Shown here: positions 33,114 through 44,064 of the stretch, one piece after another
How positions within the stretch are numbered: position 1 is the stretch's first letter
How the letters are laid out: each line of letters starts with the position of its first letter
From: Nitrospirota bacterium
GTDB lineage: Bacteria; Nitrospirota; UBA9217
Direction of reading: 5' to 3'
Assembly: GCA_963737155.1 (NCBI GenBank)
Contig: CAVTRN010000001.1
Span: 352,001 to 416,000, forward strand
DNA length: 64,000 nt
Notes under the pieces: model-generated
Told to the model about the DNA's origin: nothing
What the model saw: the letters and a program-made list of their open reading frames with translations, nothing else
Databases searched by the model: none
Program-made: the position numbers and the translations under genes

Positions 33114-33782
33114 TTACTGCTCTATCACTTCTGTCCCCTTCGGAGCTTTGAAGTTGAAGAGCTTGTCATCTATCGAAGCGCCGTCTTCTTCCTGTGCAAA
33201 TGCAATTTCAGTTATGTTCCCTGATTTGTCAAAGATCTTGAGACTCGTTATTCGGCCCTCCGCGTCGGAGACCATGCTCAGCTTCTTCATGGCTACTCCC
33301 GGTTTCTTTGGGAGGAGTTCAAGCGACCGGGGTGTTTTCGGGTCAGACTGGAGCACATCGAAATCATCATGTATATGCGCTGCACCAAGAAGAAATGCGA
33401 CAGGAATATTCATAAGCTGAAAATCCGTAAAGGTCTTTTTGATCACCTCTTCGCTCTTTTTTGAATAAAATAGGGCTTCTTTACCGTCGAGCAGGAGCAC
33501 CTGTCCGTTCGTATAATCGAGCCGGAGCTTCCCCGGTTTTTTGATCCAGAGCGTACCGTCATATTTCTGCGTCATACCCACGGCCTTGAGCCGGTTTGTC
33601 TGCAAAACCCTCGCGGTCAGCGTCTTTAGCTCGCCGTAGTGGTTCTCGACGGAGGTGACGACTTCCTGAACTGACTGGGCCTGTGCCGGCATCGCTACCG
33701 CGAATGCAGAAAAGGCTAGGGGAATAATGATCAGCAGCAAGTGGGCTCTTTTATTATCTATGAAAATAGACTTCAAGGGCAT
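33114..33782 (-). CDS. lolA: Outer-membrane lipoprotein carrier LolA family
   Basis: Signal peptide, GTLWIKKPGKLRLDY, FNFKAPKGTEVI; start set at ATG 33782 (AAGGA RBS). Confidence 0.82.
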   Translation of the reverse strand: MPLKSIFIDNKRAHLLLIIIPLAFSAFAVAMPAQAQSVQEVVTSVENHYGELKTLTARVLQTNRLKAVGMTQKYDGTLWIKKPGKLRLDYTNGQVLLLDGKEALFYSKKSEEVIKKTFTDFQLMNIPVAFLLGAAHIHDDFDVLQSDPKTPRSLELLPKKPGVAMKKLSMVSDAEGRITSLKIFDKSGNITEIAFAQEEDGASIDDKLFNFKAPKGTEVIEQ

Positions 33783-33844
33783 ATCCTTTCTTGTTTTGAA
33801 CTGCACCCGACAGGGGCTCTTTGCCATCCTAATCATGGTCTTTC

Positions 33845-33873
33845 TTGACATTATCGATAGCTCAGATTATCAT
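33845..33873 (+). promoter_or_regulatory. Sigma70 promoter for recQ
   Basis: TTGACA-17 nt-TATCAT. Confidence 0.6.
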
Positions 33874-33897
33874 GGACCAGTCTCGGAGTCAACTTGA

Positions 33898-35793
33898 ATG
33901 AGGGACCGCCCTCTCGGAATTAACAACCTATCAGCAAACGTTGTTCAACTGTCACTCATGAAACTGCGCTTCCCGATTACTGATCCCGAGATTCACCAGA
34001 GCCTACGCAAGGTCTTCGGTTTCGAATCATTCCGTCCAAATCAGGAAGCAATCATAAAAAACATCCTGGCAGGGAGAGATATCTTTGCAGTCATGCCCAC
34101 AGGCGGCGGGAAATCCCTCTGCTACCAGCTTCCCGCGCTTCTGAGAGAAGGCACAGCGGTCGTAATAAGCCCCCTGATATCCCTGATGAAAGACCAGGTC
34201 GACGCGGCCAGGGAAAACGGCGTTGCGGCCCTGTTCATGAACAGCTCGCTCGACCAACGAGAGATGGTGGATGCCTATCGCAAGCTTACGGCCGGATTGA
34301 TCAAGCTCCTCTATATCGCTCCGGAACGATTTGCCCTGCCTCAATTTCTTGATACCTTGAAGAGCATCCCCCTTTCACTTTTTGCCATCGACGAGGCGCA
34401 CTGCATATCAGAGTGGGGCCATGATTTTCGTCCTGATTACCTCGCCCTTTCGGCAATTCCCTCCCTGTTTCCTGAGATTCCCATTGCCGCATTCACGGCC
34501 ACGGCCACTGAAAAAGTCCAGATAGATATCATCGGGAAAATCGGCCTGAGGGATCCTCACATCGTGCGCGCTTCCTTCAACCGTCCGAACCTCTTCTATC
34601 AAGTTGATCCCAAGTCTGAAATCTATCAGCAGCTTCTGGAATTTCTCAAGGACCATGAGGAGGAGTCAGGAATCATTTACCGGACGACCCGGGACGCGGT
34701 CGACGCAACAGCGGCATTTCTCGAATCTCACGGCATAAAAGCGCTCCCCTATCACGCAGGCCTGTCTGCGAAAGAACGCGAGAAAAACCAGGAGGCATTC
34801 AACAAAGATGAAGCCCCCGTGATCGTGGCAACCATTGCCTTCGGTATGGGCATCGACAAATCGAACGTGCGGTTCGTGGTTCATGCCGACCTTCCCAAGC
34901 ACATCGAAGCCTATTACCAGGAAACCGGCAGGGCGGGACGAGACAACGAACCGGCGCATTGCCGACTTTACTTCAGCAGGGGTGATATCCCGAAGATCCG
35001 GTATTTCATCGACCGCATGCAGGATGATCATGAGCGCACCATAGCCCTTGAGAAGCTGAATCAGACGGTTCGATTCGCGTCTCACAACGTCTGCAGGAGA
35101 AAACAACTTCTTTTCTTTTTTGGAGAAGACTATGCAGCGGACAATTGCGGCTCGTGCGATGTATGCTCAGGCAACCGCGAGCAGGTCGATATCAGCACGG
35201 ATGCTCAAATTGTGATGTCGGCAATGGCGCGGACCGACGAACGGTTCGGCATCGGCCACATCATCGACATCGTTATCGGTGCGGACACCAAACGAATAAA
35301 AAAACTCGGTCATGACGGCATCAAGACCTACGGCGCCGGAAAACATCGGAACATGAACCACTGGCGTTTCATCGTCGATGAGTTGCTTGCGCAGGACCTC
35401 ATCAGGCATGACGGGGACCGGTATCCGGTCTTGAAATTCACCGCGAAGAGCGCTGCCGTGCTTACGGGATCTAGGCAAGTATTCGGGCTCAAGCGGGAAG
35501 AAAGAAAAACCGATGCGCGGAGAAAAAAGATTGCCGAATCCGGTAAATTCGACGTGGCGCTATTTGATAGGCTCCGCGCTGTCCGGAGAAGAATGGCCGG
35601 CGAGCATGGCGTGCCGCCTTACATCATTTTTTCTGACAAGACTCTTCACGAAATGAGCAGGCTCTTTCCCGCAACAGCTTCGGAAATGAGGAAGATTTCA
35701 GGAGTGGGAGACGTCAAACTGGAGCGGTACGGCGAGGCTTTTATGAATGAGATACGGTCCTACAAGAGCGCGGCCTCAGAGAACCGTAAATGA
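33898..35793 (+). CDS. recQ: ATP-dependent DNA helicase RecQ
   Basis: MPTGGGKSLCYQ, DEAHC, QETGRAGRD, Zn-binding CRR..CGSCDVC, HRDC domain; true start may be 33958. Confidence 0.97.
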   Translation: MRDRPLGINNLSANVVQLSLMKLRFPITDPEIHQSLRKVFGFESFRPNQEAIIKNILAGRDIFAVMPTGGGKSLCYQLPALLREGTAVVISPLISLMKDQVDAARENGVAALFMNSSLDQREMVDAYRKLTAGLIKLLYIAPERFALPQFLDTLKSIPLSLFAIDEAHCISEWGHDFRPDYLALSAIPSLFPEIPIAAFTATATEKVQIDIIGKIGLRDPHIVRASFNRPNLFYQVDPKSEIYQQLLEFLKDHEEESGIIYRTTRDAVDATAAFLESHGIKALPYHAGLSAKEREKNQEAFNKDEAPVIVATIAFGMGIDKSNVRFVVHADLPKHIEAYYQETGRAGRDNEPAHCRLYFSRGDIPKIRYFIDRMQDDHERTIALEKLNQTVRFASHNVCRRKQLLFFFGEDYAADNCGSCDVCSGNREQVDISTDAQIVMSAMARTDERFGIGHIIDIVIGADTKRIKKLGHDGIKTYGAGKHRNMNHWRFIVDELLAQDLIRHDGDRYPVLKFTAKSAAVLTGSRQVFGLKREERKTDARRKKIAESGKFDVALFDRLRAVRRRMAGEHGVPPYIIFSDKTLHEMSRLFPATASEMRKISGVGDVKLERYGEAFMNEIRSYKSAASENRK

Positions 35794-35823
35794 GAGTCCA
35801 ACTTGCGAATTGGCTGCTGCAAC

Positions 35824-36519
35824 TTACTTACATTGCCACAAAGTATATAACTTTTCCGGACTTCCCGCTTCGACCAGCACCAGAAAATCACCGTTTCCCT
35901 GCCTCGCAACAAGAACCCCATAATCCTTGAGATGCATTGCCAGCGCTTTTTTCGCGGCCGCGCGCCAGACCTCGTCCAGGAACTGCACCCGCACAATCCT
36001 CTCCTCGTCGAAGCGTCGCCGAATATCGCTTTGCAGCCGCACGATGTGCACATGAAGTTGATCCTGGGTTCGCAATCTTGCGGGATTAACGACAAGCGCA
36101 ATCGCGGCTTCATCGCCGATATGCTTCACCGCTTCGTTCCATCCGATACGCCATATTCCGTCAGGCCTTCGCGGGTCTTCAACCCCGGTGACTCGTGAAC
36201 GGGGAATCACGAGGCCGTGCACAAAGCCTTGAGGGCATCCGCACATTTTTCTGTCGCGGATTACGGCATACGCGGCTGTTTCTTCCCAGACTTCAATTGT
36301 TTCTTTGCATCCGCGGCCCTGCGCACAGGCACTCTCGAGTCGCGGCGAGGGGCACTTCCTGCAGTAATTCGGTGCGTTTATGTCGAGACAGTCCGTAACG
36401 ACGTTCAGGAGCGCGTCACGTGATTCCGCACATCCGGTATGTACTGAAACAAAGGTGCAGGCAACGAGCAGCAAGCACAGAAAAGCGGCGCGGGAGGAAC
36501 GTGGTCTAAGGTAGTGCAA
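35824..36519 (-). CDS. cdh: CDP-diacylglycerol pyrophosphatase-family (HIT-like) exported protein
   Basis: Signal-like N-terminus, IP..VTGVEDP, VN..RTQDQLHVHI motif. Confidence 0.7.
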   Translation of the reverse strand: MHYLRPRSSRAAFLCLLLVACTFVSVHTGCAESRDALLNVVTDCLDINAPNYCRKCPSPRLESACAQGRGCKETIEVWEETAAYAVIRDRKMCGCPQGFVHGLVIPRSRVTGVEDPRRPDGIWRIGWNEAVKHIGDEAAIALVVNPARLRTQDQLHVHIVRLQSDIRRRFDEERIVRVQFLDEVWRAAAKKALAMHLKDYGVLVARQGNGDFLVLVEAGSPEKLYTLWQCK

Positions 36520-36740
36520 AGCGAAGCCTCATCACAGCCGCAGCCCAGCCTCGGGCTATTTCGGACGTTCTTAGTCAGGCCGTACGACTGTGTTACCACC
36601 AGTCTTGATTTCTTTAAATCAGCCGGCAGGTTCTCCGGAGATAAATACGAGAAACCAGTGCGTCTCTGCCCGATAATTTTATTTTATGTGTTAAACCGCA
36701 TTCATCCGAAAATACAATTGCGTTGTCAGGATTGCAGGAT

Positions 36741-38948
36741 TTATTCATCCAGTCCCCTTGCAGTCCCATCCAAGTTTTTCCTGACAAGGACTTCCCGTGG
36801 CTTTGCTCCGTCCGCTGGCCCGACAATACCGTCTTCCTGCATCATCTCGATCATGCGTGCCGCGCGGTTATAGCCGACACGCAGCCTGCGTTGCAAGAAC
36901 GATGTGGAAGCCTGGCCGTTCAGCTGAACCAGTTCGACGGCGCGTGCGTAAAGCTCGTCTCTCTCGCTGTCCTCGACTTCTGCGACCTGCGCCTCGACCA
37001 CTTCCTTCACCCGCTGCTGCAGAAGCTCGTAGTTCGGCTTGCCCTGCTTTTTGATAAACTCGACAACGCGCTTGATTTCGGCCTCGGACACTAAACAGCC
37101 GTGTACGCGGACAAGGTGGGCCGACCCCGGGGGCAGAAAGAGCATGTCGCCCATGCCGAGAAGGTTCTCAGCGCCGTTCGCATCGAGAATTGTGCGCGAA
37201 TCAGTCTTGGATGAAACTTGGAAGGAGATCCTCGCTGGAAGGTTGGCTTTTATAAGGCCGGTGATCACATCCACGCTCGGCCGCTGCGTAGCGACTATGA
37301 GGTGAATCCCCGCCGCGCGCGCCATCTGGGCGAGGCGCATGATCGAATCCTCGACCTCGCGCTGCACCGTCATCATGAGGTCTGCGAGCTCGTCGATAAT
37401 AACGACGATGAAGGGGAGGCGCTCCGCCTCGGGCACGGTCTTATTGAAGGACTCAATGTTCTTCGACCCCTTTTCCGCAAGCTGGCGATACCTGCGCTCC
37501 ATCTCTGCGACCAGCGCCCGGAGAGTCTCGGCCGCCTTTTTGGGCTGGGTAACCACGGGCGAAAGAAGATGGGGAATGTCGTTATAGAGGGAAAGCTCGA
37601 GCATCTTGGGGTCCACCATTACAAACTTGACATCGTTCGGCCGCGCATTGTACAGGAGCGCAAGGATGATGGAGTTGATGGCAACGCTCTTGCCCGACCC
37701 TGTAGCACCCGCCACAAGGAGATGGGGCATCTTGTCTATGCTGTTCACCACTGATGCACCAAAAATGTCCTTACCGAGCGGAACTTTTAGCTTGGACTTA
37801 TGAGCTTGATACTCGGGCGATTCGATGATCTGGCGGAAATACACGGTCTCACGCGTGTTGTTCGGCACCTCGATGCCCACTGCTGCTTTCCCTGGCAGCG
37901 GCGCGACGATGCGAACGCTTCCAGCCTTCATAGCAAGGGCCAGGTCGTCTGCGAGATTCACGATCTTGCTCACCTTCACTCCTGGTGCGGGTTCGAATTC
38001 GAACATGGTTACCACCGGACCGGGATAGACCTGTGTGATGCGTCCCTCGATATCAAAGTCCTGAAGCTTACGCGCAAGCAGTTCGGACTGGGCGAGCATG
38101 TCTTCTTTCGATATTTTCTTAATCGTTGGCGGAACCGGGTCGAGGAGGTCAGGCGTTGGGAGCTGGTAGGCATTATTGCCACCTTTCCCGTCACCGGCGC
38201 CCACGAATTCGAAGCTCGACTGAATCGACTTGGCCGACTTTTCCGTTTTTATGTTTTTTGGTTCCAGCGCGACAGGCGGTTTCTGCTCCTCCACGATTTT
38301 TGGCGGCTCCTTGGATACGACCGGCCGCTGCTTAGCCTCCCGCGCCTTTTCCCGTCGTCCCTGGTAGATAGTGACGAGAATATCCAGATGTTCCGACAAC
38401 CGCGTGTACATCATCCGGAGCCATGCGAGCGCCTTGAGAGGAGAGAACGGTGTGAGCATCATGAGCGAAACAGTCATAGCAGTAATTGTGATAATATACG
38501 AGCCTGTGGCGGAAAAGCCCCGTATCAGCAGGTATGCGATGAGGCCGCCGAGCATGCCGCCCGAGGGAATGTTTTCTCCAAAAAGGCGGACCGTTTCTCC
38601 CTGGAGGCCGAAAAAGGACGCTGTTGAAAAGAAGAGAACGAGGCCACCGATCTTTTTCAGATAGGGATGGCGCGCTTCTCCACCGAGAATATAGAACAGC
38701 GCAAAACCCAGGAAGTAGAAAGCTATTAGATAGGTCGTCACACCAAAGAGACGGAGCAGTGCGTCCGAAAGGTAGGCACCGATAATGCCGATATAATTCT
38801 TAATTACTCTGTTGGCGCCAGTCACGCTGAAGCAGGGATCCGTCGCGTTGTAGGAAATCAGGCTCAGGATTATTAAAAGGCCTGCCGCTAGCAGGAGCAA
38901 CCCTACCATCTCGTTCCAGCGCTTATGTTTTGTTGCTGATACGGCCAT
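36741..38948 (-). CDS. ftsK: DNA translocase FtsK
   Basis: 4TM N-terminus, PHLLVAGATGSGKS, IDELADLM, ATQRPS, gamma domain LQRRLRVGYNRAAR. Confidence 0.97.
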   Translation of the reverse strand: MAVSATKHKRWNEMVGLLLLAAGLLIILSLISYNATDPCFSVTGANRVIKNYIGIIGAYLSDALLRLFGVTTYLIAFYFLGFALFYILGGEARHPYLKKIGGLVLFFSTASFFGLQGETVRLFGENIPSGGMLGGLIAYLLIRGFSATGSYIITITAMTVSLMMLTPFSPLKALAWLRMMYTRLSEHLDILVTIYQGRREKAREAKQRPVVSKEPPKIVEEQKPPVALEPKNIKTEKSAKSIQSSFEFVGAGDGKGGNNAYQLPTPDLLDPVPPTIKKISKEDMLAQSELLARKLQDFDIEGRITQVYPGPVVTMFEFEPAPGVKVSKIVNLADDLALAMKAGSVRIVAPLPGKAAVGIEVPNNTRETVYFRQIIESPEYQAHKSKLKVPLGKDIFGASVVNSIDKMPHLLVAGATGSGKSVAINSIILALLYNARPNDVKFVMVDPKMLELSLYNDIPHLLSPVVTQPKKAAETLRALVAEMERRYRQLAEKGSKNIESFNKTVPEAERLPFIVVIIDELADLMMTVQREVEDSIMRLAQMARAAGIHLIVATQRPSVDVITGLIKANLPARISFQVSSKTDSRTILDANGAENLLGMGDMLFLPPGSAHLVRVHGCLVSEAEIKRVVEFIKKQGKPNYELLQQRVKEVVEAQVAEVEDSERDELYARAVELVQLNGQASTSFLQRRLRVGYNRAARMIEMMQEDGIVGPADGAKPREVLVRKNLDGTARGLDE

Positions 38949-39340
38949 AGTCTCCTGAACAGATCAAACCATCAGCTATATGAATCGTCTTCTTCGTTGC
39001 CCTTTGTTTCGCTCCGTCTTGCTACCGGATAAATCAGGGCAGTGCAAAAATCGCGGCGAGTCCCCGGCGATGCCTTGCAAAAAGGTTCAGCTAATGCCAG
39101 TTGGAATAAGTAGGCAATTTTTGTCCGCAGGATCTGGCCACCGCTGAAAACGCCACGCCATGATGAACTGGAGCGCCTCTCCCAGGGCTAAAATCGAATT
39201 TTGCCAGTTTTGCACCGGCTCCTCAATGGCGAGAGTGGACTTTAGGAAGGAGCGTCCAGCATCCTCGCGCAAAGGGAATCAATGTTCACCTCCAGTCTTG
39301 AATTTAAAACCGGGATGTTGAACATTTTTCTTAGCCGTAA

Positions 39341-39802
39341 TCACGCGCCGTACCCGAACCACACACCCGCGGCAACAGCGGTAAAACTTGCCGTCAGCAG
39401 CACCCAATGCATCGCGTTGACCGTCCTCAGCGCTTTGGTCATGTCTATCTTCTCCGGATCTGTGAAAATGCGGGCAAAGACCTTTTTCTCCGATAACAGC
39501 ACTGTGATGTAAAGCGCCCAAGCAAAGATCATGATCGCGATGCCGATACCTTTCATCTGGGCAAGAAAGGCGAAGCCGTATTTTGCATGCAGTAGTTAGA
39601 AGCCGGTGACACCCACGATTCCAAGAATCCACTTCACCATTGCCGAGAACTGGTGCTCCACGCCCTGGAACAGGAGCGCTCTTTCAAGCGACCCTTCGGT
39701 CCGGTACATCATCGGGAAAACGACTGTTGTCACGAAGGTAACGCCGCCGATCCAGATGATGATGCAGATGACATGGATAAAGAGAAGAATCGTCAGGAAC
39801 AC
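39341..39802 (-). pseudogene. CopD/DUF4149-like 4-TM membrane protein split by an in-frame TAA
   Basis: ORFs 39596-39802 and 39341-39556 are in one frame: ..GVTGF*LLHAKYGFAFLAQMKGIG..; H..WIGG..F motif. Confidence 0.75.
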
Positions 39803-39925
39803 CGCGTCTCCTTAGATAGGCGGAAGCGCTATGTAAATCGTGTGCATTATTTCACAAAGAATGGAGGAATTCAAGATGTTTTAAGATCTTCGTAACGGGA
39901 GGCTGCGCCGCAGGCGCATACGATC

Positions 39926-40951
39926 CTACACTCGCACCACAATTTTCCCGAAGAACTGTCTGCTCAGGAGCTTTTCATAGGCTTTTTGGACTTCCTCAAA
40001 GGCAAAGACCGCGTCGACAACAGGCCTGTGCCGCAGGGGCATAAGCTTGAGGTACTGAAGAATGGCGGCTTTCGGCCCCACATAGACACCGTGGATTCTG
40101 AGGTTCTTGCCAAAAACGTAGCGAAGACTCAGGGGGACCTCGTCTCCCGATGTTGCGCCGAAGGTCACCAGCGTTCCGCCCCGTTTCAGGCAAGAGAGAG
40201 ATTTGTTGAACGTGTCCACACCCACATGATCCACGGCGATATCGGCCAGTTCCCCGCCGGTGATACGCTTGACTGCCTCCACAAAATCCTCTTTCCGATG
40301 ATTGATGACGTAATCGGCACCGATCGCTTTTGCCTTTTCAATCTTCCAGTCGTCTCCCACCGTTGTTATGACATTCGCTTGAAACAGCTTCGCGACCTGG
40401 ATGAGCGCTGTGCCCACACCGCTTCCCGCCGCATGAATCAGCACCGTATCACCCTGGCTAATCTGCGCCCTCAGCACCAGGGAATTCCACGCCGTGGTGT
40501 GGGTAATGCCTAGGGTTGCTGCTTCCTCGAACGAGAGGCTGGCCGGCTTTTGAACGATATTCCTTGCCGGAACCTTCACGTATTCGGCGGACACCCCGTT
40601 CTCTATGACACCGAGAATGGAAAAGCCGCTGCACTCATTATCACGCCCACTGAGGCAACGTGCGCAGCGCCCACATGAAAGGCCGGGAAAAACGATGACA
40701 TTATCCCCTGGTTTGATATGGTCTACGCACGAACCGGTTCTTTCAACGACGCCCGCCGCATCGGAGCCGAAAATGTGCGGTAGTGATATCTCGACTGGAT
40801 ATTTTCCGTCCATGATCCAAAGGTCCAGATGGTTCAGGGAGAATGCCTCCACCCGGACAAGCACTTCGTTATCCTTTATCACGGGAACGGGCAGTTCACC
40901 CGCCGTAATTCCCCGGTAACCATGCAGTTCATTATAATAAAGTGCTTTCAT
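39926..40951 (-). CDS. Zn-binding medium-chain alcohol dehydrogenase / quinone oxidoreductase
   Basis: NHLD, PHIFGSDAAG, CGRCARCLSG..C, AAGSGVG, GKIV. Confidence 0.9.
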   Translation of the reverse strand: MKALYYNELHGYRGITAGELPVPVIKDNEVLVRVEAFSLNHLDLWIMDGKYPVEISLPHIFGSDAAGVVERTGSCVDHIKPGDNVIVFPGLSCGRCARCLSGRDNECSGFSILGVIENGVSAEYVKVPARNIVQKPASLSFEEAATLGITHTTAWNSLVLRAQISQGDTVLIHAAGSGVGTALIQVAKLFQANVITTVGDDWKIEKAKAIGADYVINHRKEDFVEAVKRITGGELADIAVDHVGVDTFNKSLSCLKRGGTLVTFGATSGDEVPLSLRYVFGKNLRIHGVYVGPKAAILQYLKLMPLRHRPVVDAVFAFEEVQKAYEKLLSRQFFGKIVVRV

Positions 40952-41222
40952 GTTTTGGCCTCTTTATTTCAGTATATCCTCTTGAGGAAGGGATTGTCAA
41001 TGCAGGCTGAAAGCATTAGATTGGTTTAAACGGCTAGACAGGAGAATGGTGAAAAGGACTCATGTTTTTATGAACTCTTCCGCCTTTAAATCGCGCGCGA
41101 TTATCGTGGGGGTTCAAGGTTCTTGGCGGCTGCGGTCCGAAGGCATTCACCCCCCGCTCGGCTTACTAGCCCCTGTGCGTTACTTCGACCGGTTCCCTGA
41201 CAAGTTGTTTCTTGTTCTTTAA

Positions 41223-41333
41223 CAGATCGCAAAGAAAACGCAGACATCGACTCAAAATCTGAAAACCATAATCGAAGACCTGAAAGGCTTGCCGAAAAAG
41301 CTGAAAACGACGCTCGATGAATTCAAGATGTAA
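41223..41333 (+). pseudogene. Possible 3' remnant of an MCP gene
   Basis: Start-less frame QIAKKTQTSTQNLKTIIEDLKGLPKKLKTTLDEFKM* resembles MCP C-terminal helices ending in F-K. Confidence 0.35.
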
Positions 41334-41457
41334 TAGGATGCTTTAAGTGACCCTTTTTCGTCAATGACAGATCGTACCCGAAGAACGCTGCCAGAAAAAA
41401 CAACAGCGCTGCGGCATGAAATCATTTGTTCCATGATCCCAACCCCCTGCTGCCCAA

Positions 41458-43962
41458 TCAGTGCGACACCGCCTTCACTTTCCACACATTCTCGGCATAT
41501 TCCATGATAGCGCGGTCGCTCGAGAAGCGACCCATGCCAGCAACGTTCAGGATGGCACGTTTGGTCCACTCCTCGGAGTCGCGGTAAAGAGCGTCCACCC
41601 GATCCTGGCACGCGATATAAGAAGCATAATCTGCGAGCAGCAGAAAATGATCGCTGCTGGTGAGCGCGTCGAAGATGGGCAGGAACCGCCCCGGAGCATC
41701 AGGCGAGAAATACCCGCTGGCAATCATGTCCAGCGCATGCTTCAGCTCCGCATTCACAGAATAAATGTCATGCGGTGTGTAACCCTTTGCCCGTATTGCG
41801 GCCACTTCAGCGGCGGTCAGACCGAACATGAAAATGTTGTCGCCCCCCACCTCTTCCTCGATCTCGATATTCGCTCCATCGAGCGTTCCGATGGTCAATG
41901 CTCCATTCAGAGCAAGTTTCATGTTGCCCGTGCCCGAGGCCTCAGTTCCAGCGGTTGAAATCTGTTCGGACAGGTCGCAGGCAGGAATGATCTTCCCTGC
42001 ATTCGAGACGTTGTAGTCCGGAATAAAGACGATCTTCAGAAGATTATCGACAGCCGGGTCATGGTTCACAACATCGCCGACGCTGTGTATCAGCTTGATA
42101 ATGAGCTTGGCCATGGTATACCCTGGCGCGGCCTTCCCGCTGAAAATCACGGTGCGGGGCACCGCATCAACGGCAACACTTTCTCGGATACGGTTATAAC
42201 GCGTGATAACATGAAGCACGTTCAGAAGCTGCCGCTTGTATTCGTGGATGCGCTTGATCTGAACATCGAACATCGAAGCAGGATCGACCTTGATATTGAG
42301 CCGCATCCGAATGATTTCGGCAAGCCGCTCCTTGTTTGCCCGTTTCACCTGTCGGAATTGCTGCCGGAACCGGGCGTCGGCAGCAAATGGAATAAGTTTC
42401 TTAAGCTCCCGCAGATCACGGAGCCAGTCGTCGCCGATGAACAGGGAAATGAGGGAAGCCAGACCGGGGTTTGCCTGGTTGAGCCATCTTCGCGGCGTCA
42501 CTCCGTTCGTGATATTGATGATCCTCCCGGGAAAAATTCGCTCGAAATCCGTGAAGATTGTCTGTTTCATGAGGGCCGTATGGATCCGCGAGACCCCGTT
42601 CACACAGTGGCTTCCGACAATAGCAAGGTGGGCCATGCGCAGCCTGCGCCCGCCTTGCTCGTCCACGATCGACATCCGCCTGAGAAGGTCGACATCCCCC
42701 GGAAATCTGTGCCGCACGTCCTCGAGGAACCGGTAGTTGATCTCGTAAATGATCTGCAAGTGACGCGGCAGAATCACCTCGAAAAGGCCAACAGGCCACG
42801 TTTCAAGCGCTTCGGGCATAAGCGTATGGTTGGTATAGGAGAAAATCCTGCGCGAGATGTCCCAAGCACGGTCCCATTCCAGATGATGCAGATCGAGGAG
42901 GATACGCATGAGCTCCGGTATGGCGATCGATGGGTGTGTATCGTTCAGTTGGATCGCCACCTTGTCTGGCAATTCCTCAAGATTCGAGTGATACTTGGTG
43001 AATCGGAGTAGAATGTCCTGGAGCGAAGCGCAGACGAGGAAGTACTGTTGCTTGAGCCGCAGCTCGCGGCCCATCTGCGTGGTATCGTCTGGATAGAGCA
43101 CGTTGGACAGGTTTTCTGACTCGTTTTTCTCCTGCACCGCTTTGATGTAGTTTCCCTCATTGAAGTACTTGAGGTTAAAATCGCGCGATGCCTTGGCTGC
43201 CCAGAGCCGCATGTTGTTCGCCGTGCTGGTGTCGTAGCCGGGGACAGGCGTATCATATGCCATGGCCATCACATCCTCGGTCTCAACCCAGTGAAACCGC
43301 GCGTCGCCCTGGTCGTCAATGAAATGCACCACTCGTCCACCGAATTTTACGGGAAACAGCACCTCGGGCCGGGGAAACTCCCAGGGGTTACCGTATCGTA
43401 GCCAGTTGTCGGGGTGCTCCACCTGCCATCCGTCTTCGATGCCTTGGCTAAACATGCCGTACTCATAACGGATGCCGCAGCCGTAACCCGGTAGCTGTAG
43501 CGTTGCCAGGGAGTCGAGAAAACAGGCCGCGAGCCTGCCCAGCCCACCGTTGCCGAGTGCCGCGTCCCCTTCGAGTTCACGAATCCGTTCAAGTTCCAGC
43601 TCGAGATCGGACAATGCTTCGCGGCATTCCTCGTAGAAGCCCATGTTCAGGAGGCTGTTCGACAGCAGGCGGCCGGTCAGGAATTCCATGGACAGGTAAT
43701 AAACTCGCTTGGCATCGGTCTCGTAGTAGCTGCGCATGGTTTCCATCCAGTGCTCGATCAGCCGCTCTCGGACTGCGTGGGCCGTGGTATGGAACCAGTC
43801 GCGGTGAGTCGCGGTTATGGGATCCTTTCCCAGCGAGTAAATGAGGCGGTTTGAAAGCGAACGCTTGAGGGACTGCCGGTCGTTGTCGAGCTTGTCATAA
43901 TGGAAAGAGCTGAGTTTTTTATAGTTGAAGACCATGGAGCCTCCGGGTAGGTTTTGTTTCAT
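41458..43962 (-). CDS. glgP: Glycogen/starch phosphorylase
   Basis: LGNGGLGRLAACF, QLNDTHP, KRIHEYKRQ, EASGTGNMK PLP motif. Confidence 0.97.
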   Translation of the reverse strand: MKQNLPGGSMVFNYKKLSSFHYDKLDNDRQSLKRSLSNRLIYSLGKDPITATHRDWFHTTAHAVRERLIEHWMETMRSYYETDAKRVYYLSMEFLTGRLLSNSLLNMGFYEECREALSDLELELERIRELEGDAALGNGGLGRLAACFLDSLATLQLPGYGCGIRYEYGMFSQGIEDGWQVEHPDNWLRYGNPWEFPRPEVLFPVKFGGRVVHFIDDQGDARFHWVETEDVMAMAYDTPVPGYDTSTANNMRLWAAKASRDFNLKYFNEGNYIKAVQEKNESENLSNVLYPDDTTQMGRELRLKQQYFLVCASLQDILLRFTKYHSNLEELPDKVAIQLNDTHPSIAIPELMRILLDLHHLEWDRAWDISRRIFSYTNHTLMPEALETWPVGLFEVILPRHLQIIYEINYRFLEDVRHRFPGDVDLLRRMSIVDEQGGRRLRMAHLAIVGSHCVNGVSRIHTALMKQTIFTDFERIFPGRIINITNGVTPRRWLNQANPGLASLISLFIGDDWLRDLRELKKLIPFAADARFRQQFRQVKRANKERLAEIIRMRLNIKVDPASMFDVQIKRIHEYKRQLLNVLHVITRYNRIRESVAVDAVPRTVIFSGKAAPGYTMAKLIIKLIHSVGDVVNHDPAVDNLLKIVFIPDYNVSNAGKIIPACDLSEQISTAGTEASGTGNMKLALNGALTIGTLDGANIEIEEEVGGDNIFMFGLTAAEVAAIRAKGYTPHDIYSVNAELKHALDMIASGYFSPDAPGRFLPIFDALTSSDHFLLLADYASYIACQDRVDALYRDSEEWTKRAILNVAGMGRFSSDRAIMEYAENVWKVKAVSH

Positions 43963-44064
43963 TGTACCTGAAAAGCCTGAAGAAGGGGACTTATTTTTAG
44001 GTATGCGGGCCTCAAAAAGCGCCCTCCAAAGGGGTTCAGAAAGCGGAATGCAGCGCGAACGGAA

